Source: a virus
Reading direction: 5' to 3' (one strand)
Virus record (IMG/VR): IMGVR_UViG_3300032116_015700
Location: 27,094-91,093 of that record
DNA: 64,000 nucleotides
This document shows, piece by piece, positions 1-9,000 of this stretch (its first letter is position 1; each line of letters starts with the position of its first letter). Position numbers and translations under genes: made by a program. The notes beneath the pieces are model-generated. The model was not told where the DNA came from, searched no databases, and saw only the letters and a program-made list of their open reading frames with translations.

Positions 1-453
1 GACATCTATTCTCTTTTGTAATTGAGAATATTCTTCATCTGAAGCATTTATTTGTTCTTTTTTTAATTCTAAAATTCTTCCAGTTATAGTTGAAAATGCG
101 TTACTCTCATTTGTAGATTTTTGTAAAGTTGTTTGAACATCTTTACCCAATCTACCAAAAGATTTTTGAAAATCTTCTTGCGTATCATTATAATCTCCTT
201 GTCTTTTTAATGCTTTTTCCCAAACATCTGTATATTCTTTTGATTTCTTTTCGGAATCAGATATTACTTTTAATTCCTCTTTTAAATTCTTTATATGTTC
301 TTTATCCTGCTCATTTCTTTTTTTAAGACGCTTGATTTCATCTTGTCCTGCCAACGCCATACGTTTATTACGTTCTTCTATTCGTTGTTGGACTTCGTTC
401 TGTTCGTCTAACAGCTGCTTCTTTTTGGATTCATCGGATAAATTTTCTGCCAT
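1..453 (-). CDS. N-terminal part of a coiled-coil protein, probable tape measure protein (runs off the left edge)
   Basis: Not in the ORF track. Manual translation from ATG at 453 (MAENLSDESKKKQLLDEQNEVQQRIEERNKRM...) is open to base 1. K/E/Q-rich and helical; lies downstream of sheath, tube and chaperone. Confidence 0.6.
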   Translation of the reverse strand, partial: MAENLSDESKKKQLLDEQNEVQQRIEERNKRMALAGQDEIKRLKKRNEQDKEHIKNLKEELKVISDSEKKSKEYTDVWEKALKRQGDYNDTQEDFQKSFGRLGKDVQTTLQKSTNESNAFSTITGRILELKKEQINASDEEYSQLQKRIDV

Positions 454-462
454 ATTTTATAA

Positions 463-699
463 TTACTTACTTAAAAATCCAGCTTTTTTCAAGTAATCGT
501 AAATGTCTGGATTTTCTTTTTTTATACGATTTAATTGAACAATTGTATCTGAATTTATTTTTTCATAATCTTTCATTATTTTTTTCAATTCAGGATCATC
601 ATCAATCACCTTTTGAATTGGTTTAGGTGCAGGTTTTTTTCCTGTAATAAAATCCCAAAATTTTTGAAAATTTCCTTCTGATATTTTATATCTTTTCAT
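463..699 (-). CDS. Small hypothetical protein
   Basis: 78-aa ORF with its own copy of the recurrent upstream motif at 720-727. Confidence 0.6.
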   Translation of the reverse strand: MKRYKISEGNFQKFWDFITGKKPAPKPIQKVIDDDPELKKIMKDYEKINSDTIVQLNRIKKENPDIYDYLKKAGFLSK

Positions 700-719
700 A
701 ATGAGTATAATTTAACACT

Positions 720-727
720 TATAAATA
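720..727 (-). promoter_or_regulatory. Putative late-promoter motif (sense TATTTATA)
   Basis: Recurrent intergenic motif about 20 nt upstream of ATG 699. Confidence 0.55.
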
Positions 728-732
728 TCCTA

Positions 733-770
733 TAAAAGAAAAAAGTTAGGATTATCTTTTAATCCTAACT
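733..770 (-). terminator. Intrinsic terminator overlapping the stop of the 752-967 frame
   Basis: 11-bp stem agttaggatta/taatcctaact (744-770), followed by a U-rich run on the minus strand. Confidence 0.65.
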
Positions 771-967
771 CTTGAAGGTTGTTTTTGTGTTTGTGCGTTT
801 TTCACACTTTCATTCTCTTTTTTCTTTGCATCTGCTAACTTATTATAATAAAAGTTTCGTAGATACGTTGGCATATTATATATTTCCATTACCGTAAATC
901 CTTGTCCATAGTACACCATATCAAAGATTTGTGTATGGAGATTTATGCTATGATTACTCGGAAGGCC
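752..967 (-). CDS. gp51-like / GT-type extension of the tail assembly chaperone (internal ATG at 919; probably reached by frameshift)
   Basis: Not in the ORF track. Frame reads GLPSNHSINLHTQIFDMVYYGQGFTVMEIYNMPTYLRNFYYNKL...RIKR*, starting directly after a T7 run in the upstream gene. Confidence 0.7.
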   Translation of the reverse strand, partial: GLPSNHSINLHTQIFDMVYYGQGFTVMEIYNMPTYLRNFYYNKLADAKKKENESVKNAQTQKQPSRVRIKR

Positions 968-1709
968 AAAAAAAGTTTACGCCTAATGCAATAGGCGCCT
1001 CCTCCACCTCTCCATTTTCATGAGTATAAGTAAATTTCATATCCATATCCGGAGAAATTGCTTTAACATAATCTCTAAATGCTTTACTATCTCTAGCTAA
1101 CATATTATTAATATATTTAGTGATATGTCCAATATCAGAATTTCCGTCTACTGATTTTATCATATATCTCAAACGAGTGGTAATATCACTCTTTATATCT
1201 TTATTAAGTTTTTCTAATGCCGTAATATCCTTCTCTACAGCCTTTTCATCACCGTGTGTCAATAGTTTGAATATAAGTTTATTTTTACCAGCTGGTGTTA
1301 TAAACTCAAATTCGTTTTTACTATTATAAATTGAAGTATCAACATTTTTTGTTTTTATTTGGGAAAGGTCACATCTTGCTTTCAAAACTTCATTTTTTAC
1401 CGAAGAAAAAAAAGAAAAATCATAATCTGGACCATAACCCAACATACGCGTTGCTAATAATATTGCGTTTTTATCTCCTATTAGTATTTCATCAGGATTA
1501 ATATTATCAACTAAAATAGATTCAAATAATTTATCTAAAACTATACCCTTTCTAATTAGATTACCTGAAGCTAAAATATCTTCTTCTTTAGCTGTCATTA
1601 ATTTTATTGTAATTCTACCAGATGAAAGTGGATTATCTTTTGGATAAAGTTTACCTTCAGATGGTAAATCTAACACTTCCGTTGGAAAATCAAATTGTTT
1701 TTCTTGCAT
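954..1709 (-). CDS. T4 gp26-like baseplate hub / tail assembly chaperone
   Basis: LPSEGKLY, MTAKEEDIL, GDKNAILLATR and C-terminal NFFWP motifs; immediately downstream of the tail tube. Confidence 0.75.
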   Translation of the reverse strand: MQEKQFDFPTEVLDLPSEGKLYPKDNPLSSGRITIKLMTAKEEDILASGNLIRKGIVLDKLFESILVDNINPDEILIGDKNAILLATRMLGYGPDYDFSFFSSVKNEVLKARCDLSQIKTKNVDTSIYNSKNEFEFITPAGKNKLIFKLLTHGDEKAVEKDITALEKLNKDIKSDITTRLRYMIKSVDGNSDIGHITKYINNMLARDSKAFRDYVKAISPDMDMKFTYTHENGEVEEAPIALGVNFFWPSE

Positions 1710-1732
1710 AACGTTATATTTTGTTTTGTATA

Positions 1733-1740
1733 TATAAATA
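1733..1740 (-). promoter_or_regulatory. Putative late-promoter motif (sense TATTTATA)
   Basis: About 24 nt upstream of ATG 1709, just downstream of a terminator. Confidence 0.55.
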
Positions 1741-1764
1741 CATTATTCTAAAAAAATTAGAAAT

Positions 1765-1793
1765 AAAAAAGGGATACCTTTTGAGTATCCCTT
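1765..1793 (-). terminator. Intrinsic terminator after the tail tube gene
   Basis: gggatac/gtatccc stem with a flanking A6 (U tract on the minus strand). Confidence 0.7.
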
Positions 1794-1814
1794 ATTTTTA
1801 TCTTTTTTCTTAAA

Positions 1815-2312
1815 TTAAAATTCAAGAACTGCGTAATCGTAAGTAAGTGTTAAAGTGATATTAACTGGCTCATTTTCAGAGTTGTATGCTAAATCACCAA
1901 AGTTTGCCTGAGATATAAATGCTCCCTTTAACTTCCACTGCTCAATCTTATCACCAACAGGTCCTAACAAATAGAAATCAATATCTTTCTTATACATTTC
2001 TGCATATCCATCTCTACCGGTAATAGATTCATGTGATAAACGAACCCACTCCATTACCGCTTGTGCTCCAGATGGAACAATAGGGTCATAAAGAGTGATT
2101 TCCAAATCTTGCCATTCACCTTTACCTTTAAGCTTTCTATATACGTTGATATGGTCAAGCTTCACAGTTTGGAACTGAATTGTTGGTCTATTTGCTGCAC
2201 TCACTAAAAATGAAGGGATTGATAAATCGCTAAACTCCATAATGTAGCGATTCTTCATTTTAGGTTCGAAGTTCGTATAGAACATCTTATCAAAGGATAG
2301 TATATCTGCCAT
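1815..2312 (-). CDS. Tail tube protein (T4 gp19-like)
   Basis: EPKMKNRY, KGKGEWQDLEITLYDPI, W-x-LKGAF and TLTYDYA motifs; 165 aa directly after the sheath. Confidence 0.9.
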   Translation of the reverse strand: MADILSFDKMFYTNFEPKMKNRYIMEFSDLSIPSFLVSAANRPTIQFQTVKLDHINVYRKLKGKGEWQDLEITLYDPIVPSGAQAVMEWVRLSHESITGRDGYAEMYKKDIDFYLLGPVGDKIEQWKLKGAFISQANFGDLAYNSENEPVNITLTLTYDYAVLEF

Positions 2313-2366
2313 TTTTAATTACCTTTTATTTTATATTAATAAATATCTATTTTGTTTGTTTTCGTA

Positions 2367-4727
2367 TTATGCTGAGAAACTTGCTCCAGTTGGTAAGATG
2401 TTGAAATCAATTACTATGAATTCCGCAGTCTTAGCAGGTTGTAAGAAAATTTGTCCAGCCATAATATTTCTATCAATTACATCCGGTGTGTTATTGGTTT
2501 CATCCATAACTACTTTGAATGCGTACAAACCTTGTCTTTGTTGAATAGTTTCCAAGTAAGGATTTACAGTGTTTAAGAATCTTCCTCTAGTTTCAGAAGT
2601 GTTTTGTTCAAACACTAAATAACGAGATGTAGATGCGATAAACTTCTTAACTGCAATCAATAATCTTCTTACGTTGATTCTATCCAATGCAGATGCTTTA
2701 TCTTGCAAAGTTTTCTGTCCGAATGCTACAATACCTTGTCCAGGGAATGTTGCAATTGGGTTTACTTTGTTTTCATAAAGTGTATCTCTTTCAGCGTGTG
2801 TTAATCTATTCAATACACTCACAGCTCCTACGATACCACCTCTATTCAAACCAGCTGGTGCGAACCACTCAGCCGCTAATCTATCGTTACTTGCATAAAC
2901 TGCTGGTAACAATGTAGAAGGTGGAACAGTTGTAAGTTTGTTTGTGTTTGTATCAATTGTTTTTACCCAAGGGTAGTAAGTTGCTACATAGTTTGAATCA
3001 ACAGCATTTGCTTGCTCAGTTGCTTGAGTTATTGTATCCGCGTAATCGTTGAAATCAGCGATATAGAATGCATCTTGTCTAGCTTCAACCATATCAATCA
3101 CTTTAGTCACAATTGAAGGATGTAATTGTCTTACAATACCAGGAGTTGCTACTAAATTGATATCCCATTCGTCAGGATTTGATACGGCGTTAATTGCTTT
3201 TGTATATGCAACTGAACCAGATGAGGTTGATGTTGCACAATTAAATCCTTGTGTATTAGATGGTCCCCATACTGGATTGTTATTGTAATCGTTTACACCA
3301 GGTTTACCAATTCTCAATACAGGATTTGTACCATCAAAACCATCTTGGAAAGCCAAAACAAATTGTCTTTTCACCATATCAGTTGCTGCAGAACCAGTCA
3401 TTTGATAACTCAATCCTACACCACTAATATTACCATCAAATGCAAATGCGGTATTTGAACCCGTTTGTGCACCGATTGGAAGTGGTTTTAAATATTGTTT
3501 ATTATCCAAAGATACTCCACTAGTTTCATAATCAAAACCAGAGAAATATACTGGAGATGATGAAGTATTGCCAATTGAATTTGTTTGGAAAGTTACTTTT
3601 TGAACTTTTAATGCCTGTGCGTTATCAGTTGCCTTAATTGGATTTGTATAAGCTCCATGTCCAAATGGTGCTGCTGAAATTGGGAATGAACCCGCATCAG
3701 CTACAACCACTCTTACATATTGTGATTTATTGGAGTAATCACCATTTTCGGTAATTTTACCATTATTATCAATCGTCAACCATCTGTCACCAATTCTTCT
3801 TGCGATATAGTTTGGAGAAGCAGGGTCTAAATTTACTCCATTGTAAGTTTCCAATACACTCTTTCTCTTATCAGTATCACCATATCCTCTAATTGTTACA
3901 GTAAATGTAGAATAATCGGTTGAACCATCTTCACCTGCTGCTTTTACATTAGAAATACCAATTTTAAATTTAGTATTATAAAGTGTACCTTGTCCTAAAG
4001 TTACAAATTTAAAGAGGTCATATCTTTCACCACTAATCAATTGAGATTGTACATATGGAGTTTCTGCAGATTGTGCATCGTATGCAAAATCTTGTGTTGG
4101 AAGTGCAACTGCACTAACAACCGTACCACCCCATAAACCTGCTGCTGCATTTGAATAAGATGCAGATGCTAAATGTTCAAAGTATGTATATCCAAAAGCT
4201 TTTTTACTTCCTAATGGAGATTCACCAAATACGTCTGAAATATCATTTGTATCTCTTGGAAGAATAGATGCAGAAACCCAACCAAAATCAGAACCAGAAA
4301 GTAAGAACGAACCAGAGTATGCTGCTCTTGGGTCAGATATTAATTGTACTGCTTTTTCAACATCTTGATTACCTCTTTCAGTTGTATGTAATGTTGCAAT
4401 TAATTTTTCGCCAACTAATCCACCAGATGCAAAAATACCAATTGGAGCAGCTTCTTGGTAACCACCAACTCCACCTACTCTTACAATTGTTACAATGCCG
4501 GTTTCTCTTAAATAATTTTGTACTGCATATTCAGTATAATAAGTTCCATCAGGAGTTCCGAAGATTGCTTCAAACTCTGATTGTGTTCTTACGATAGTAG
4601 GAACGAAAACAGGTCCTTGTTTGAAAGGTCCTATGATTGCTGCTCCAATTTCGCCTATTCCTTGCGATAAGAAGGATAGGTCATTTTCTCTCGTAAATAC
4701 GCCTGGTGATACGATTCTTTCTGCCAT
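2367..4727 (-). CDS. Contractile tail sheath protein (T4 gp18-like)
   Basis: N-terminal SPGVFTRENDLS; C-terminal WFAPAGLNRG, KVNPIATFPGQG, GQKTLQ, LDRINVRRLL, PAKTAEFI. Confidence 0.95.
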   Translation of the reverse strand: MAERIVSPGVFTRENDLSFLSQGIGEIGAAIIGPFKQGPVFVPTIVRTQSEFEAIFGTPDGTYYTEYAVQNYLRETGIVTIVRVGGVGGYQEAAPIGIFASGGLVGEKLIATLHTTERGNQDVEKAVQLISDPRAAYSGSFLLSGSDFGWVSASILPRDTNDISDVFGESPLGSKKAFGYTYFEHLASASYSNAAAGLWGGTVVSAVALPTQDFAYDAQSAETPYVQSQLISGERYDLFKFVTLGQGTLYNTKFKIGISNVKAAGEDGSTDYSTFTVTIRGYGDTDKRKSVLETYNGVNLDPASPNYIARRIGDRWLTIDNNGKITENGDYSNKSQYVRVVVADAGSFPISAAPFGHGAYTNPIKATDNAQALKVQKVTFQTNSIGNTSSSPVYFSGFDYETSGVSLDNKQYLKPLPIGAQTGSNTAFAFDGNISGVGLSYQMTGSAATDMVKRQFVLAFQDGFDGTNPVLRIGKPGVNDYNNNPVWGPSNTQGFNCATSTSSGSVAYTKAINAVSNPDEWDINLVATPGIVRQLHPSIVTKVIDMVEARQDAFYIADFNDYADTITQATEQANAVDSNYVATYYPWVKTIDTNTNKLTTVPPSTLLPAVYASNDRLAAEWFAPAGLNRGGIVGAVSVLNRLTHAERDTLYENKVNPIATFPGQGIVAFGQKTLQDKASALDRINVRRLLIAVKKFIASTSRYLVFEQNTSETRGRFLNTVNPYLETIQQRQGLYAFKVVMDETNNTPDVIDRNIMAGQIFLQPAKTAEFIVIDFNILPTGASFSA

Positions 4728-4783
4728 TTTATTTCTCCAATTAGGTTTTTAATTGTAATTTGTATTCAATCCAAAAATACAGA

Positions 4784-4791
4784 TATAAATA
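4784..4791 (-). promoter_or_regulatory. Putative late-promoter motif (sense TATTTATA)
   Basis: Upstream of sheath ATG 4727, just downstream of a terminator-like hairpin. Confidence 0.5.
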
Positions 4792-4792
4792 T

Positions 4793-4830
4793 AAAGAAAA
4801 TATCCAAAACACAATATAATGCTTTGGATA
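4793..4830 (-). terminator. Possible intrinsic terminator
   Basis: tatccaaa...tttggata inverted repeat with an adjacent A-rich run. Confidence 0.4.
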
Positions 4831-4859
4831 CTATCTATATAAAAAGGTTTTTATTCAAA

Positions 4860-5249
4860 TTAGATTGGTACTGAACCAGAAATTGAACCAGAAGATGGTG
4901 ACCAAGGCAAATCAAATGTATCTACATTTTTGATTACACCTTTCTTATTATTGATATCTTTTTGAATTCTATCAGAAATATGGTCCCAATAACCTGTTTG
5001 TGTTGAACTACTTACGTGATGTTTTATCCATCCTAAAACTTGTTCTTCGGTAAGTTGTGAATATTCTGTAAAGTTATCTGGATCTACTGAATCTAATTTA
5101 AAAGGTGTTGCACCGATAAATGTTCCAGTAGTATTATCAGAATCATCAGTACCTACACATTCCCATCTAGTACCGATTATCACATCAGTAAGACCATTAC
5201 CACTTGTTTTTGAAAGAGCTTTTACAGCCCAAGTATAATTTATAGCCAT
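4860..5249 (-). CDS. Small tail-fibre-associated protein
   Basis: MAINYTW...FTEYSQLTEEQVLGWI...LPW pattern typical of small proteins following phage fibres. Confidence 0.55.
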   Translation of the reverse strand: MAINYTWAVKALSKTSGNGLTDVIIGTRWECVGTDDSDNTTGTFIGATPFKLDSVDPDNFTEYSQLTEEQVLGWIKHHVSSSTQTGYWDHISDRIQKDINNKKGVIKNVDTFDLPWSPSSGSISGSVPI

Positions 5250-5286
5250 TGTTTCCTATTTTTATAATAAATATTTGTTTTTAAAA

Positions 5287-5574
5287 TTAACCATTTTCTT
5301 GTCCCGTAACAACAAAGTTAAAATCACTACACATTCTTTCTGCTAAATAAAAATTACTACCACTCCATGCATTTAATACATTTTGTGGTACTTTCCATTC
5401 ACCAGTTGATACTGTTGTATCTGGTATTGCAACCGATTCTCTATTTGGGTCTCTATATCTCAATTCATATCTTAAAATACAATCATCATCATTTAAATCA
5501 TATCTTAAAATGTTTGTAAATACAGTATTAACTTTTTTACCAAATAAATTTTTTTCTTCAATAAAAGTTATCAT
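5287..5574 (-). CDS. Small hypothetical protein, probably fibre-associated
   Basis: 95-aa ORF in the cluster downstream of the 2872-aa fibre. Confidence 0.5.
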   Translation of the reverse strand: MITFIEEKNLFGKKVNTVFTNILRYDLNDDDCILRYELRYRDPNRESVAIPDTTVSTGEWKVPQNVLNAWSGSNFYLAERMCSDFNFVVTGQENG

Positions 5575-5589
5575 CTTCTTTTTAATTTT

Positions 5590-6015
5590 TTATACGTCCT
5601 GCAAAACAGTTGCTGATTGAATTACATTTCTTTCTATTAAATCCGCAGCTATTTTTTGTTTTAAAAGTGGATATGCTTTTGAAAATATATCACCACCTTC
5701 CAAAACACTAAAATCTGGAACTTTCTTTTCGTAAACTCTACCATCAATAACTTCTTGCTCAGTTCTATTCATAGGTAATGAGTGCCAATGTGGAATCGCA
5801 TCTACCTTTGCAAGAAATCTTTCTTGAATAGGTGCTCCCATACGATTAGAAATGTTTGTTTCTAATAATCTTGCAGTTTCTTCGTTTTTAAATACGTTCA
5901 CATACAATTCTAATGCACCTTTGTTTCTATCTACCACATATCGGTAGATTCTAACATAAGCTTCATCAGTTATACCTTGCGATGTTCCAATGTTTGCTGC
6001 TATTTTAATTGCCAT
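5590..6015 (-). CDS. Small hypothetical protein, probably fibre-associated
   Basis: 141-aa ORF with an AGGAG upstream and the promoter motif at 6036-6043. Confidence 0.55.
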   Translation of the reverse strand: MAIKIAANIGTSQGITDEAYVRIYRYVVDRNKGALELYVNVFKNEETARLLETNISNRMGAPIQERFLAKVDAIPHWHSLPMNRTEQEVIDGRVYEKKVPDFSVLEGGDIFSKAYPLLKQKIAADLIERNVIQSATVLQDV

Positions 6016-6051
6016 AGTTATTCTCCTTTAATATATATAAATATATAGTTG

Positions 6052-9000
6052 TTATCCCAAACCTAATTTTTCTTCTAACATTTTTACTTTAGCTTTCAAT
6101 TCTTCAATTTGAGCCTGTTGTTCTTTCATAGCGTTTACCAATAATGCCGGCATTGCTCTATCTCTTATTGCTAAATATCCAGCTTCATCTGCTCTTACTA
6201 ATAATGGTTCTATATCTTCAACCTCTTGCGCAATGAAACCAATATCATGTCTTAAACCGGTTGTTTCGTACTCATCAGTTCCCTCCTTCCAATCAAATTC
6301 AACACCTCTTAATTTAAGAACTTTTTCTAAAGCATTTTCGTAGAATTTAACATTATCTTTTAATCTTCTATCCGAAGGTGAACCATACGCAATAATGTTG
6401 TTTGATGCAATAATTACACCGTCATATCTTAAGTTAATATTTGCACCACCACCTCTATTACCAGAGAAGATTCTCAATCCATAAGATGCACGAAGTGATA
6501 AATATCCGTCATTTACGTCTGCCAAATCACCATCATCGGATACCCACATACCACCACCACCATAGTTATCAAAGTTTGCACGAACTACATATGGAGTACC
6601 AATAGTATCATCATTCAAATAGTATCTCTGCCATCTAGATGACCATCCACCCCATCTTACAACGTTATCGCCATCCAAACCTAAATTCAATGCGTAGTAA
6701 CCACCTTTGTGGAAACTCATAAATGCACCATTATTGCCGGTTGAGTACGGCTGACACATTGCCGAATCGGTTTGTGTTGCGTAGTATCCTCTATTATAAG
6801 TAAAGTAAACTCTTGAATAGTGGTTATAATCATAAGTTGGAATACAATATTCACCTCTATTATTTGAGTCAACCTGTGCTTTCCATCCACTATTGTTTGG
6901 CCAAGAGTTTCTGAACCACAATCTATCCACAGGTCCACCAACTAACTGCCATCCATATCCCGAATTATAACTCCAAGTATAGTGGTATGATTGAACACCC
7001 ACCCAGTGAGATGTACCAGGAGGTTGGTTAGCAGGGTTTGACCAAGTATCAATATCACCACTACCCCAATCCATTACCCAGTTGAAGTCAGTTGTACCCC
7101 AACCCATATTACCTGTCCAATAATAAACATCACCAGTGTAATCTTGTGGTCTTCTCCAGTTTGACCTACCGGTTAATGATATATTACCTTTACCTCTATT
7201 TTCTAATCCTAACCATTGAGAACGAGAGTTAGGGTCCATATAGTATCCGGTATCACCTCTATCATAGAAAATATATGCTCTCATATCGTTTGCCCATGTC
7301 ACACGATATAATTCCATATGAGCATTACCATATTCAATACGAATCTGCCAGTTACCAGATGAGTTCAACATACCAAAACCACTACCATCCCAATATCCAG
7401 CATATCCTCTTAAATCAGATTCGTAGTTATTGTACATTACAATACCACCATATCCATATCCACCACCAGCTGATTTCCAATATCCGTTATTTGAATACCA
7501 GTGCATTCCTCTGTTTTGGTTATATAAACCATGTCCAGAAGTATTGTTTCTAAACCATCCATTTACATAAACTTCTTGGAATGTAGGTCCTGCATCAGTT
7601 CTTACGTTTTGGTTGATGTAGTTACTCATCCAACCCATATATCTATTCCAATAGTTTCCATCTCTTGCAAACTGATGGGATTCTAAACCATCAGAACCAT
7701 ATCTCATAATGAAATAACCATTACCATAAATTTGGCCATACATATGTGATGAGTGCCATTGTAATTTATAGTGTTCACCAGTCCAACCACCAGGATCAGA
7801 ATGTAACATATATCCAGGTCTAATATAGAGATTATTAGTTGTGACCTGATTCATACTAGAACCACCATCTGGATTTATATAATATCCACTATTATTTGAA
7901 TCATAGAAAATAGTTGCGTAGAAATCACCACCACTTCCTAAATACATATTACCAACCCACCAGTTATACATTGCTACTCTGTATCCATTTAGATACATTT
8001 CATATACGTTATAATAGAAGTTTGAACGGTCAGTATAAATGTGAGCATGTGATGAGTTAGCCGGTCCAAATTCAATATATCCATAAGGAGTATTGTGTCT
8101 ATAACCCCAACTACCACCAGCTAAATAGTATCCACCATTTCCATAATCCATTGAAGATAAACGAGAACGTCCTGCTGGGTCAACAAAATATCCAGAGTTG
8201 TTTCTATCATACATTATTGGAGTTTGGATATTACCTGGTACGTGGAATTCACCACCATAAAAATATCCACTACCTTCAATATTACCAGTACCGGCCGCAG
8301 ATATATAATCGTTTACATTACCATATGTTGCTGTTGAATGGAATACGATTCTACCAGTTGCAGCAACTCTTAAACGGTCATGTATAGTTGAAGTATCAGG
8401 ATCATTTCCCTTAAATAAAAGTAATTCTGATTCATCACCGTTTCTCCAAATTCTTTCAATAAGAGCAGTGTGGTTATAAGAACCAGGATTATCACCTACA
8501 ACACCATAAAAATATATACCATTTGAAGATGATGAAATACCACTTAAATAGATACCGCTAAATCTAGAATCACCTGCTGGGTTGACGTAATATGTAGTAT
8601 CATTTGCATCATAGTAAATACCCGCTCTCATTTGGTCTCTTACCCAAAGATGTCCATCAGGATGGAATTGTGCTACACCTGTCCATCCAGAAGTTAAGAT
8701 ACTGAATGATTTTGATGAACTCATATGAATACCAAAACCTTCTCTACCCCAATACCCTCTTGATGTTGAGTGTTTAATCAAACCTTCATCCCAACTACCA
8801 GCTCTTAACCAATAAATGTAAGGCCATTGGTCAGAGTTTGATGTATCATATCCATATCCATTCACATAAAAGTATCCAGATGTTAATGAATATATATTTG
8901 AGTTTCCATTAGGGTCTACATAGTATCCAGTGTTATTATAATCGTAGAAAATTGGTGAACGCATCTGATTGTATGCGTAGAAAATACCACTACTAAATTC

